In this document: piece after piece, positions 18,944 through 28,288 of the stretch
Numbering within the stretch: position 1 is the first letter of the stretch
Layout of the letters: each line of letters starts with the position of its first letter
Source of the DNA: Patescibacteria group bacterium
Lineage (GTDB): Bacteria; Patescibacteriota; Gracilibacteria; UBA4473
DNA: 64,000 nucleotides
NCBI GenBank assembly: GCA_965660445.1
Contig: CBFIAK010000001.1
Span: forward strand, 288,001-352,000
Reading direction: 5' to 3'
Position numbers and translations under genes: made by a program
The notes under the pieces: generated by a model
Databases searched by the model: none
The model's input: only the letters and a program-made list of their open reading frames with translations
What the model was told of the DNA's origin: nothing

Positions 18944-19936
18944 ATGAAATCTTTAGTTTCTAGTGCGGTTTCATTTGATGAAAATACTCTCAAATCTTTT
19001 CAGGCATATATGCAAGAAAAGCCGAGTACATTGATTTTAATTCATGCGAATCCAGATGGTGATACATTTGGTGCTGGGTGGGCGTTGTATCATGCTCTTT
19101 TATCGCAAGAATTTGATGTTGATATGGCTTGTAAGGACGATATTCCAGAATCATTTCATTTTATAGGGAATACATCGTTTATAAAACATGATTTTAATCC
19201 GAACGATTATAAAACATTTATTTTTGTGGATTGTGGAGACAAACGAATGACTCAGTTTCACAACCTCTATCCAGAAATATTGTCAGAGAATGTCCATAAA
19301 ATAAATCTTGATCATCATCCTTCAAATGATCTGTTTGGAGATATAAATGGTGTGTTTACAAAGGCTGCCTCTACAACAGAAATTGTGTATCATTTACTAC
19401 TCGATTTGCATATACATATAACTCCATCAATGGCAACCGCATTGCTTTTAGGATTATATACAGATACAGGGGCTTTTATGCATCAAAATACAACGCCACA
19501 TGTGTATCAAATTGCAGGTGATTTGCTTGAAAAAGGAGCGAATATGGCTCGTATATCAAAACAAGTGTTTCGTACATACGATCTTCCAACACTCAAACTA
19601 TGGGGAAGAATCTTGCAAAATGTTTCCATAACTCCAGAAGGAGCCGCTATTGTTGGTATTTCTCGTGAAGAATACGAATCTCTTGGACTCAAACGAGATG
19701 ATATTTCTGGTGTTATTGATTATATCAATGCTCTTGATGAAGTTGAATACGTCGTGATGCTTTCTGAAGATGAAAAAGGAAATGTCAAAGGATCACTACG
19801 AACGAGAAAAGACCACGTAGACCTGAAAGCCTTAGCAGAACAGTTCGGAGGAGGTGGGCATGTGAGAGCCTCTGGGTTTACAATTCCAAAAGGAAGACTT
19901 CAAAAAGAAGTACGATGGAAAATTATACAAGAATAG
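18944..19936 (+). CDS. nrnA: DHH/DHHA1 phosphoesterase (NrnA-like oligoribonuclease/pAp phosphatase)
   Basis: H.NPDGD, DHH, TDTG.F, SLR, GGGH..ASG. Confidence 0.9.
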   Translation: MKSLVSSAVSFDENTLKSFQAYMQEKPSTLILIHANPDGDTFGAGWALYHALLSQEFDVDMACKDDIPESFHFIGNTSFIKHDFNPNDYKTFIFVDCGDKRMTQFHNLYPEILSENVHKINLDHHPSNDLFGDINGVFTKAASTTEIVYHLLLDLHIHITPSMATALLLGLYTDTGAFMHQNTTPHVYQIAGDLLEKGANMARISKQVFRTYDLPTLKLWGRILQNVSITPEGAAIVGISREEYESLGLKRDDISGVIDYINALDEVEYVVMLSEDEKGNVKGSLRTRKDHVDLKALAEQFGGGGHVRASGFTIPKGRLQKEVRWKIIQE

Positions 19937-19944
19937 TCTCAATA

Positions 19945-19982
19945 AAAAGAAGAGGGAAAATTTGACCCTCTTCTTTTTTTTT
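19945..19982 (+). terminator. Intrinsic terminator
   Basis: AAGAAGAGGG/CCCTCTTCTT stem plus T-tract. Confidence 0.8.
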
Positions 19983-20038
19983 GTAGAATCGACTCGCTCT
20001 TTCTATTAAAGATTGAACAGAATGTTTTTTTCCAAAAA

Positions 20039-20123
20039 GCCGGGGTGGCGGAATTGGTAGACGCGCACGACTCAAAATCGTGTTCCGTAAGGAGTGAGAG
20101 TTCGATTCTCTCCCTCGGCACCA
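20039..20123 (+). tRNA. tRNA-Leu (anticodon CAA)
   Basis: 85-nt class II cloverleaf; CACGA-CT-CAA-AA-TCGTG; encoded CCA. Confidence 0.97.
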
Positions 20124-20142
20124 GAAGCACAGTGAATTCTTC

Positions 20143-20297
20143 GAATTCAGAATAATGAATTATGAATTAAGAATTAAGGGGAAGCGCAAGAGCTACATGG
20201 AATCTGGAATCCGGAATCTTGAATCTAGAATAAATCGCAGAAATCATAAGGTGGTGCAAAGCCTTGTGATTTTTCCATAATTCATTATTCCTAATTC
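20143..20297. repeat. Heptamer tandem repeats with inverted ends
   Basis: (GAATnnn)x5 and (nGAATCY)x4 runs; 20143-20164 vs 20276-20297 is a 20/22 inverted repeat. Confidence 0.8.
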
Positions 20298-20305
20298 TAT
20301 TTTTA

Positions 20306-21319
20306 TTACTGAATTGGTGTATCAGGAGAAGGAATGTGTTGTTTGTAAACATTTTCAGGTTGTGTGGGTGTATTTTGTTGTAGCGATTGTCCAGAATAGG
20401 CTGGAGTATTCGTCCCTAAATTAAGAGCTTTAAATAAGTTTTTATCAAAACTATCAAGCGTGAGTGTTCGAATAGGGAATGGAATTTCAATCCCTGCTTT
20501 ATCATAGGCGAGTTTTAAGGCTTGCATTACTTCTGATTGAATAATTGGCCACGGAGATGTTGATTCAATCCAAAATCGAACTTCAAGGGTTATAGCAGAG
20601 TCTCCAAACTCAGTAACAAGTACGTTTGTTTTTGGTTTTACAACCACATCTGGGTGAGCTTCAACTGTTTTAAGGGTTAATTCAATAGCCTCTCGTAAAG
20701 GAGTTGAGTAATGAATTCCAACAGCAAATGAAATACGACGAAATGAGTTTTTAGTCGTGTTTCGAACAACTGACGTAAGCATATCAGAGTTTGGTACAAT
20801 ATGAATAGTTCCATCAAACCCTTGTATCTGGGTTGTTCGAGACTCAATTTCAATAATTTTTCCAAAAATACTGTTTACTTCAATCGTGTCTCCAATCATG
20901 AATTTTTTTTGAGTTAAAATAACCACTCCCGCAATAAAGTTGGCGAGTAAGTCTTTAAACGCAAACCCTAATCCTAACCCGAGAAATCCTAAAATAGAAG
21001 CAATATTAATACCTATAATACGAAACGATATTAAAAGCCCTAAAAATAAAACTCCCACATATACCGCACGATCAATCAAAATAATCATTTCTTGATGTAC
21101 ATCGTATCGAGATCGTGATGTAACACGATAAACAACGAGTTTCTTAACGAACCGAGCAAGGAAAAAAGAAAGTACAAAAACTAAAATAGCCGCTATCCAA
21201 TAAGGAAATGCAGAAGCAATTCCAGCAAGCATGTCTTGAACCCCTGTAGTGGATTCGTCTCGAACGTTTTGTGCAGCAGTTTGGGCAAATGCAACGGGAA
21301 TGATATGGAAAAATGACAT
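20306..21319 (-). CDS. mscS: Small-conductance mechanosensitive channel MscS
   Basis: GFAFKDLLANFIAG, GD.IE, VPNS, GIEIPFP; ATG 21319 preferred. Confidence 0.9.
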   Translation of the reverse strand: MSFFHIIPVAFAQTAAQNVRDESTTGVQDMLAGIASAFPYWIAAILVFVLSFFLARFVKKLVVYRVTSRSRYDVHQEMIILIDRAVYVGVLFLGLLISFRIIGINIASILGFLGLGLGFAFKDLLANFIAGVVILTQKKFMIGDTIEVNSIFGKIIEIESRTTQIQGFDGTIHIVPNSDMLTSVVRNTTKNSFRRISFAVGIHYSTPLREAIELTLKTVEAHPDVVVKPKTNVLVTEFGDSAITLEVRFWIESTSPWPIIQSEVMQALKLAYDKAGIEIPFPIRTLTLDSFDKNLFKALNLGTNTPAYSGQSLQQNTPTQPENVYKQHIPSPDTPIQ

Positions 21320-21454
21320 AGCAAATGAATAAATCCCTCTATTATACCATGGAATAAACTTTTTTTCAACTAAAGCGCCTTGAAAAAGAGTTTGAGAATT
21401 TATACGTTTTTTTGTAGCATGAATACTGAACTGAAAACACATATACACACCGAT

Positions 21455-21895
21455 ATGAAAAAAAAAGGATTTCATCTATCAGAGCTTGTGGTCTTTATGC
21501 TTTGTGCAGGAGTACTTATGAGTGTTGTGGTATGGACTCTTTCTCCTGGAACACAACTTGTGTCACAACGAAACCAGAAACGAAGTCGAGATGTACAGCG
21601 TATTCAGCGATCAATACAGGCTTATTACGAGCATTTTGGTGATTTTCCAGAAGGTATCTCAGATAGAACGTCAGAAATATGTCGTCGAAACGAACCATGG
21701 TGTGGTGATATGATCGATTTTTCGTTACTTGATGATTTGGGAATTTACCCTGATATTTCCCCTGATCCACACGTCGCATCTCGTTATGGAACCGGATATT
21801 TTATTTTAAAAAAAGGATACACTCTCACTATTATTGCTGCTGGAGCAGAAAACGGAGAAATTATAGAATCAACATCGATTTATTCTCAAGAATGA
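21455..21895 (+). CDS. Type IV pilin/GspG-like protein
   Basis: MKKKG-FHLSELVV prepilin motif; RN.KR..DV..I; P-DP. Confidence 0.8.
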   Translation: MKKKGFHLSELVVFMLCAGVLMSVVVWTLSPGTQLVSQRNQKRSRDVQRIQRSIQAYYEHFGDFPEGISDRTSEICRRNEPWCGDMIDFSLLDDLGIYPDISPDPHVASRYGTGYFILKKGYTLTIIAAGAENGEIIESTSIYSQE

Positions 21896-22470
21896 AACAC
21901 TTGGTAGCTGGTATTGATGAAGCAGGAAGAGGAGCCCTTGCTGGTCCAGTGGTTGCAGCTGCGGTTATTGTGCCTGATGATTTTGATTGTACTCTTTTGA
22001 AAGATTCGAAAGTATTGAGTCCTCGAATTCGATCAGAGGTATGTGCTTTAATTATGGCTCATTGTATGTATGGAGTCGGTATGGTGTCAGCAAAAGATGT
22101 TGATCGACTGGGTATAAAAAAAGCAACCCATGCGGCTATGAAGAAAGCACTCCATACACTTCCATCTGTTCCTCAAGAACTCTGGATTGATGGAAATGAT
22201 GGGTTTGTATTCTCAATTCCATCTTCTGATTTTGTAAGGGGAGATGTTTTGTATCCTTGTATATCAGCAGCTTCAATTATTGCAAAAACAGTAAGAGATC
22301 AGTATATGTATGAAATTGCTGAGTCGTACCCGAAGTTTCAGTTTGATTCTCATAAAGGATATGGCACAGAATTTCATAGAAACCTTCTTGAAAAAGGGGA
22401 ATATACCCCTTTTCATCGTAAAACATATCAACCCTTAAAACAAGTGCTTACCCAAGGAAAACTGTTTTAG
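21892..22470 (+). CDS. rnhB: Ribonuclease HII
   Basis: GIDEAGRG.LAGPV, DSK, AASIIAK, HKGYGT. Confidence 0.96.
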   Translation: MKHLVAGIDEAGRGALAGPVVAAAVIVPDDFDCTLLKDSKVLSPRIRSEVCALIMAHCMYGVGMVSAKDVDRLGIKKATHAAMKKALHTLPSVPQELWIDGNDGFVFSIPSSDFVRGDVLYPCISAASIIAKTVRDQYMYEIAESYPKFQFDSHKGYGTEFHRNLLEKGEYTPFHRKTYQPLKQVLTQGKLF

Positions 22471-25400
22471 AGTTTGTTCTTTTGGAGAGAAATAATAATA
22501 GGTTCTCCATCAATCAAAACAGTATCATCATGCATATTATCATCAATAGCATCACTCTTGATAATGTTTTCAGCGAGTACTTCTTGTCCGATGAGAGATG
22601 AAAATTGATGAAAACATTCTTGTAGAAGTTTTGATTGTGTGTGATAAGTGAGAGTAATACGATCAGACAAATCAAAGTTTTGTGTTTTTCGGGTGTCTTG
22701 AATGTATCGAATGAGTTCTCGAGCAAGTCCTTCAAGCAGTAAATCATGTGTAATATCCGTATCAAGGATCACGACCATGTTTTGATAACTATCAGCTTCT
22801 ATCCCTTCTGAGCAGACAAACCCTATCTCGTATTCGTTTGGTTGAATAATTTCACCTTCTATAAGGAGGGACCCATCTTTTTGCATTTCAAATCGTCCTT
22901 CTTTTCCTGCTTGAAGTATGGCTTGTACTTTTTTTCCAAGTCGAGGCCCAGCCGTTTTTGCTTGAATCCGAACAATTCGTTCAGCAATTCCTTGAAGAGA
23001 AGTAAGCGTTTCAACTTTTTTGACGTTCGCTTCTTCTGCAATAATATGAAAATCAAGCTGAATGTCTTCCGTTACTAAAAACCGAAGCCGTGATAAAGGT
23101 TGTCGAAGCTTTATTTTTTTACGAGCGCGTATACTCGCAGCTAAACGCACAATATCACGAGTGATATTGGTCTTTTTTTCAATGTCAGGTTTCATTGCTT
23201 TTTTTATAGGAATGGGAAAAGAATCTAAATGAACAGAGTCGCCTCCACCTAAATCTCGATAGAGCTGTTCGGCTAAAAATGGACATACGGGGGCCAGTAT
23301 TTTTGAAAGAGAAAGTAATACCCAATGAAGTGTTTCGTATCCAGATTGTTTGTCCTCATTCATACCAGACGCCCAAAATCGTCTTCGAGATCGTCGTAAG
23401 TGCCAGTTGTTGAGTTTATCAATGAATTCAGGAATGTGTTTGAGTGCGGATTCTAATTTATACGCGTCAAAATGAGTGCGAAATTGGTCAATAACGTATT
23501 GAAGCTCCGATAAAATCCAGATATCAAGTTCGTTTTTTGGGGTCGGAAACGGAAAGAGTACCGTGTAATCCCCTGTGGAAAGTTTTGGAAATCGAAGAAT
23601 TTCTTCATGAGAACTGATGCCATGTATATGGGACTGTAAACACCGAATCGGAGCAAGATGAGAAACTATAGCAACCGTTTGTCCATGATGTTTTTTCTGA
23701 ATGTCAGCCCAAAATGAGGCCATTCTGTCTTGAATATGAGACAATTGTTCAGTATCGGCATGAAGAATGCAATCATGTGCTGATATAAATGGTTTTCCTT
23801 CAAGTGACCCAAATGACATTTCCGATAATCGATTGTCTTCGTGTAGATCGCATTTTTGTACTTCGCTCAAGAGTTTCGCTGTTTCTTTTGCTCGCTCAAA
23901 TGGGGATGTGTAGATGTTGTCTATAGATGCATGACTCAGTGTGCGAGCAAGTTCTTTTGCTTCTTTTATCCCTGATTCAGTAAGTGCGGATGATGTGTGA
24001 ATATCTCCGTTGTAAATACCAGTTGTATTATGTTGAGCTTCAGCATGTCTTATAGCAAAAATACGTGTTGGCTTCCATTCATCAAGGTTTGCGTATGTTG
24101 AGAAAAACTGATACGTCGATTTCAATGGCAGAATCACAGATTTTAAAACTTCAGCAACACCATATTCTGAAAATCGAAGGTTTTCACCTCGTGCAACAGG
24201 AGAGTTTAATAAATAAAACCGCATTGCATCAGCTCCGTATTTGTTAAATATATGTGACGGGTCAGGATAATTTTTCTTAGATTTCGACATCTTGCTTCCG
24301 TCTTCCGCTTGAATGATTCCGTTTGTAATAACATTTTTATAAATATTTTTTCCAAACAAGGCGACGCCTAACACGTGAAGGTTATAAAACCAACATCGTG
24401 TTTGATCTAACCCTTCCGCAATAAAGTCAGCCGCAGGAAAAACCGATTGAAGTTCATAAGGCGTGGCATTTTGAATTTTATTTTCCCATGGACCAGCAGG
24501 ACGGTTTTCGTTCCAGCTTTGTATCAACTGAATTGGATGCCCGTGTGACACAATAAGAATATTTTTTCCTTCGTATCGATTATTAATATCACGAATGCAA
24601 TCGGATACTCGTTTTTCACAATCAGCAATACTTTCTCCTTGGGGAAAAGGTTTATCTATAATGTTATGACTATCAATATACGCATGGCCTTCCTCTGATG
24701 GTTTGTCATCAAAGATTCCAAAATGAACCTCTTGAAGTCGTTCGTCTTCAATAATTTCTGCTCCTGATATTTCAGCAAATAGGTGGGCTGTCTCACGAGT
24801 ACGACGGAAAGGAGACGTGAAAATAATATCAATATCTTTGTAGCGATCTCGAATATCAAGTACACTTTTTCGTCCCTTTGAAGTAATACCATATTTTTCG
24901 GCAGACTGTGTGGTGCACGAAAGAATTTCTTGTACATTGTTTTCTGCTTGTGCGTGTCGAATGACTACAAATCGGTTCTTAAAAAACCGATGATGTGGCT
25001 CAAATGGGTAATGTTGTGACGCATATGGCATAGACCCTGATTCAAACCAACAATCAAGAACTTCTGGAATACGTCGCATAGTACCTCCCGTTTCAGGGTG
25101 TGTCCATGTGAGATCATCTATAAAGTGACGATGGAGATCAGAAACAGGTTTACCGCTCAAGCGTTCAAGTTCGGCTTTACTGCCAATGACTTGGCATACG
25201 CCGGTTTTATCACATTTCCAGACAGGAATAGGAGTTCCCCAGTATCGGTTTCGAGAAATAGCCCAATCAGGAGCACTTTCGAGACCTTTTCCAAATCGAC
25301 CGTGTTTTAGATAATCAGGTATCCAGTGAATGTTTTCATTCATATCTATTAAATCAGCCTTGATGGACTGAATATCAACAAACCATGTTTTGATACCCGT

Positions 25401-26666
25401 ATACATAAGAGCACATTCAGTTCTCCAACAATGAGGATAAGAATGTCGTATTTGTGCTCTATGGAATAAGGAATGATTTTCTTTTACATATTGAATAACC
25501 CATTCGTTTGCATTATCGGTTGTGTGCTCACCAACTTCTCTATCAAATCGGAAATATTTTCCAGAGAGCTCCTTGATTGTGTCATCAAAATATCCGTTCT
25601 GATCAATTGGAGAAACGAGTGGTGCAATATCGTTTTCTTGGCATACTCGAGCATCGTCTTCCCCGAAGTTTGGAGCTAGATGAACGATTCCAGTTCCGTC
25701 AGTATCGGAAACAAAATCTCCTTTGATAACACGAAAAGCGTTCTTATGGTTTTTAAAAAACGGAAAAAGAGGTGTATAAGCCGTTCCTATCAACGATGCT
25801 CCATCAATTTTACGTTGAATATCAATGGGGTCTTTGAATATCTTTTCAAGAAGGTTTTCTGCTACAATATAAGAGAGTCCATCAATAGGTTTTGTTTGGA
25901 CGTATTGAATATCCGGATGAACTCCAAGCGCAAGATTTGAAGGTAGTGTCCATGGAGTAGTAGTCCATGCTAAAAAGAAAACAGAGACGTCTTCCCCAAG
26001 TGAGACTCGTTTATCAGTGGTTTTAAATTTAACAGTCAATGTTGGGTCATCAATGTCTTTGTAATTGAGACCGGCTTCAAAGTTCGAAAGAGGACTCCCA
26101 AGCTTTGGAGAATAAGCTACCACTTTTTCACCTTCATAAATAAGTCCTTTGTTCCATAACTGATGAAAAACCCACCAAACAGATTCCATGAATTTTGGAT
26201 CCATGGTTTTGTAATCGTCTTGAAAATCAACAAAACGCCCCATGCGCTCAACGGTGTCTTCCCATTGGTCTCTGCAGCGAAGTACTACAGAACGACATAG
26301 TTCATTAAAATTCCCAATCCCCATAGCTTCTATGCCGGGTTTTCCTCCGATTTGGTGTTCTTTTTCGACCTGAAATTCTACGGGGACTCCGTGACAATCC
26401 CAACCCCATTTTCGTTCTACGCGGTATCCTCTCATGGTTTTGTATCGAGGAATGGCGTCTTTCAAGGCTCCAGCAAGAATATGTCCGTAATGCGGTGTTC
26501 CAGTAGCAAACGGTGGGCCATCAAAGAATACAAAGGGGTTTTGTGTTGATCGAGATGAAATAGATCGTTTAAAAATGGAATGATCTCTCCAATAAGAGAG
26601 AATTTTTTCTTCTGACTGAGCAACGGTTTCTTTGGTTTGTGAACTGGGAAAAAAAGGAGTCATCAT
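22467..26666 (-). CDS. ileS: Isoleucine--tRNA ligase type 2 with two inserted histidine-phosphatase domains
   Basis: DGPPFATG.PHYGH, GWDCHG, WTTTPWTLPSN, SRNRYWGTP, KMSKS; two RHA...SP..R..ETA...VSH inserts. Confidence 0.96.
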   Translation of the reverse strand: MMTPFFPSSQTKETVAQSEEKILSYWRDHSIFKRSISSRSTQNPFVFFDGPPFATGTPHYGHILAGALKDAIPRYKTMRGYRVERKWGWDCHGVPVEFQVEKEHQIGGKPGIEAMGIGNFNELCRSVVLRCRDQWEDTVERMGRFVDFQDDYKTMDPKFMESVWWVFHQLWNKGLIYEGEKVVAYSPKLGSPLSNFEAGLNYKDIDDPTLTVKFKTTDKRVSLGEDVSVFFLAWTTTPWTLPSNLALGVHPDIQYVQTKPIDGLSYIVAENLLEKIFKDPIDIQRKIDGASLIGTAYTPLFPFFKNHKNAFRVIKGDFVSDTDGTGIVHLAPNFGEDDARVCQENDIAPLVSPIDQNGYFDDTIKELSGKYFRFDREVGEHTTDNANEWVIQYVKENHSLFHRAQIRHSYPHCWRTECALMYTGIKTWFVDIQSIKADLIDMNENIHWIPDYLKHGRFGKGLESAPDWAISRNRYWGTPIPVWKCDKTGVCQVIGSKAELERLSGKPVSDLHRHFIDDLTWTHPETGGTMRRIPEVLDCWFESGSMPYASQHYPFEPHHRFFKNRFVVIRHAQAENNVQEILSCTTQSAEKYGITSKGRKSVLDIRDRYKDIDIIFTSPFRRTRETAHLFAEISGAEIIEDERLQEVHFGIFDDKPSEEGHAYIDSHNIIDKPFPQGESIADCEKRVSDCIRDINNRYEGKNILIVSHGHPIQLIQSWNENRPAGPWENKIQNATPYELQSVFPAADFIAEGLDQTRCWFYNLHVLGVALFGKNIYKNVITNGIIQAEDGSKMSKSKKNYPDPSHIFNKYGADAMRFYLLNSPVARGENLRFSEYGVAEVLKSVILPLKSTYQFFSTYANLDEWKPTRIFAIRHAEAQHNTTGIYNGDIHTSSALTESGIKEAKELARTLSHASIDNIYTSPFERAKETAKLLSEVQKCDLHEDNRLSEMSFGSLEGKPFISAHDCILHADTEQLSHIQDRMASFWADIQKKHHGQTVAIVSHLAPIRCLQSHIHGISSHEEILRFPKLSTGDYTVLFPFPTPKNELDIWILSELQYVIDQFRTHFDAYKLESALKHIPEFIDKLNNWHLRRSRRRFWASGMNEDKQSGYETLHWVLLSLSKILAPVCPFLAEQLYRDLGGGDSVHLDSFPIPIKKAMKPDIEKKTNITRDIVRLAASIRARKKIKLRQPLSRLRFLVTEDIQLDFHIIAEEANVKKVETLTSLQGIAERIVRIQAKTAGPRLGKKVQAILQAGKEGRFEMQKDGSLLIEGEIIQPNEYEIGFVCSEGIEADSYQNMVVILDTDITHDLLLEGLARELIRYIQDTRKTQNFDLSDRITLTYHTQSKLLQECFHQFSSLIGQEVLAENIIKSDAIDDNMHDDTVLIDGEPIIISLQKNKL

Positions 26667-26671
26667 AAAAA

Positions 26672-26875
26672 ATAAGAAAATACATATATATATGTATTCG
26701 AGAGTCGTATTTAGAGGTTACGACGGTACCATCTCGAAAATTTGCTTAATTTTTTGATAACGCTCAAACAGAGAAAAACGATGGAATCTACTTTTTAAAC
26801 AATGGTGTTTAAATTTCTCTCCATTCCCGTCCCTGATATTTGGGATCGTGGGTGATTACCACTCAGCGGGATCTA
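26672..26875 (-). promoter_or_regulatory. T-box riboswitch (Ile) in the ileS leader
   Basis: Antiterminator GAGA-UGGUACC-GUCG...CGAC-UCUC (26700-26735); Stem II with GAA/AGUA S-turn (26781-26824); GCGUUA F-box-like element; AUC-containing loops. Confidence 0.85.
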
Positions 26876-26938
26876 GTGAATGTAGACAACAGAATAACCA
26901 ATCAGTTATTTTTGTCTTTTATATAAAAAAGCAATTGC

Positions 26939-26967
26939 ATTATATAAAAATGATTGAAAAGGTGCAA
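26939..26967 (-). promoter_or_regulatory. sigma70 promoter of the ileS leader
   Basis: TTGCAC-N17-TATAAT on the minus strand. Confidence 0.7.
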
Positions 26968-27048
26968 TGTTTTTTTATGTGAAAATAGAGAAATAAAAAG
27001 AGCCACAGAGACAAAAAAGCATAAAAAATAAAAAAGACCAAAAAAAGC

Positions 27049-27076
27049 TTGACAATTCCTTTTCTGACGATAAACT
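27049..27076 (+). promoter_or_regulatory. sigma70 promoter of the infA-rpsI operon
   Basis: TTGACA-N16-TAAACT with an A-rich UP region. Confidence 0.75.
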
Positions 27077-27106
27077 TGCGAGGCTTTTTAATAGGTTATA
27101 GTCTCA

Positions 27107-27337
27107 ATGGCAAAAGATAATGTTGTGGAAGCCGAAGGTGTGATTACCATGAATTATCCTGGTTCTGAGTTTCAAGTGGAACTGACAACCGAGGGTTTTG
27201 AAGGTCATAAAATTCGAGCTCGATTGTCTGGAAAAATGCGAATGCATTATATTCGTATTGTGCCAGGAGACAAGGTGCGGGTGGAATTAGCCCCCTATAA
27301 TCTAGAAGAAGGAAGAATAACCTTCCGTTATCGTTAA
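27107..27337 (+). CDS. infA: Translation initiation factor IF-1
   Basis: SGKMRMHYIRIVPGDKVRVEL.PY...GRITFR. Confidence 0.97.
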   Translation: MAKDNVVEAEGVITMNYPGSEFQVELTTEGFEGHKIRARLSGKMRMHYIRIVPGDKVRVELAPYNLEEGRITFRYR

Positions 27338-27348
27338 TTATTTAAACC

Positions 27349-27474
27349 ATGAAAATTGTGTGTTCCCTCAAGTCGGCTAAGAAACGAGACATTAATTGTC
27401 AGGTTGTGCGTCGGCACGGGAAAGTTTTTGTGATTAATAAAAAGAATCCAAAACTAAAAGCAAGACAGCGATAA
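27349..27474 (+). CDS. rpmJ: 50S ribosomal protein L36, zinc-free (type B) form; not in the ORF track
   Basis: Manual translation [41 protein letters not shown], between infA and rpsM. Confidence 0.93.
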   Translation: MKIVCSLKSAKKRDINCQVVRRHGKVFVINKKNPKLKARQR

Positions 27475-27493
27475 TCTATTATTTGATACATTC

Positions 27494-27871
27494 ATGCGTA
27501 TAGCAAATACTACAATTCCGGCAGATAAAAGAGTGATTATTAGTTTGACTTATGTTTATGGGGTTGGTCCAAAGCGAGCGAAGGATCTTTGTGTGGCTGC
27601 AAATATTGAGGATCATGTTCGAGTGAAGGATCTCACTATTGAACAAGAACAAGCTATTCGGACGGCATTGGCTGATTTGAAGGTGCCACTAGAGGCTGAT
27701 CTGCGTCGAGAGATATCACAAAACATCAAACGATTGCAAGATATTGGGTCGTATCGAGGGTTTCGTCATCGACATCGGTTGCCGGTGCGAGGACAAAGAA
27801 CAAAAACAAATGCAAAAACTCGAAAAGGTCGAGGACGTGCAATTGCAAATAAAAAAATAGCAACTAAATAA
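27494..27871 (+). CDS. rpsM: 30S ribosomal protein S13
   Basis: YRG.RH...[16 protein letters not shown]. Confidence 0.98.
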   Translation: MRIANTTIPADKRVIISLTYVYGVGPKRAKDLCVAANIEDHVRVKDLTIEQEQAIRTALADLKVPLEADLRREISQNIKRLQDIGSYRGFRHRHRLPVRGQRTKTNAKTRKGRGRAIANKKIATK

Positions 27872-27875
27872 TACT

Positions 27876-28256
27876 ATGGCAAAGACAACTAAAAAACGGG
27901 TGCGAAAAAGTTTTGAGCATGGGCGAGTGTATGTCGCTGCTCGATACAATAATACGATTGTAACACTTACTGATCCAGACGGAAATGTTTTGGGTTGGAG
28001 TAGTCCGGGAGCAAATGGATACAAAGGAGCTCGTCAGTCAACACCTTATGCGGGGCAGATGTCTGCAGAGAAGGTGGCAGAATTGGCACAAACGTTTGGT
28101 ATTCAGACAGTTGATGTTTTCTTGAAAGGGATGGGGCCTGGTCGTGATCAAACAGTTCGAGGTCTTATCAATAAAGGATTGGATGTGGTTTCTATTGCGG
28201 AACAAACTCGAGTGCCTCATGGAGGGTGTCGCCCAAAACGAGTGCGAAAAATTTAA
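27876..28256 (+). CDS. rpsK: 30S ribosomal protein S11
   Basis: NNTIVT.TD, STPYA, G.GPGR, PH.GCRP. Confidence 0.98.
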   Translation: MAKTTKKRVRKSFEHGRVYVAARYNNTIVTLTDPDGNVLGWSSPGANGYKGARQSTPYAGQMSAEKVAELAQTFGIQTVDVFLKGMGPGRDQTVRGLINKGLDVVSIAEQTRVPHGGCRPKRVRKI

Positions 28257-28288
28257 TTTTGATTTACTTTTAATTTACTCACTATTTA

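Noticed and set aside
19939-20130. 63-aa ORF
   Set aside because: Antisense translation of tRNA-Leu and a terminator
23545-24995. ileS inserts as inteins or introns
   Set aside because: No C/S...HN splice junctions or LAGLIDADG motifs; the inserts are in frame and carry histidine-phosphatase motifs
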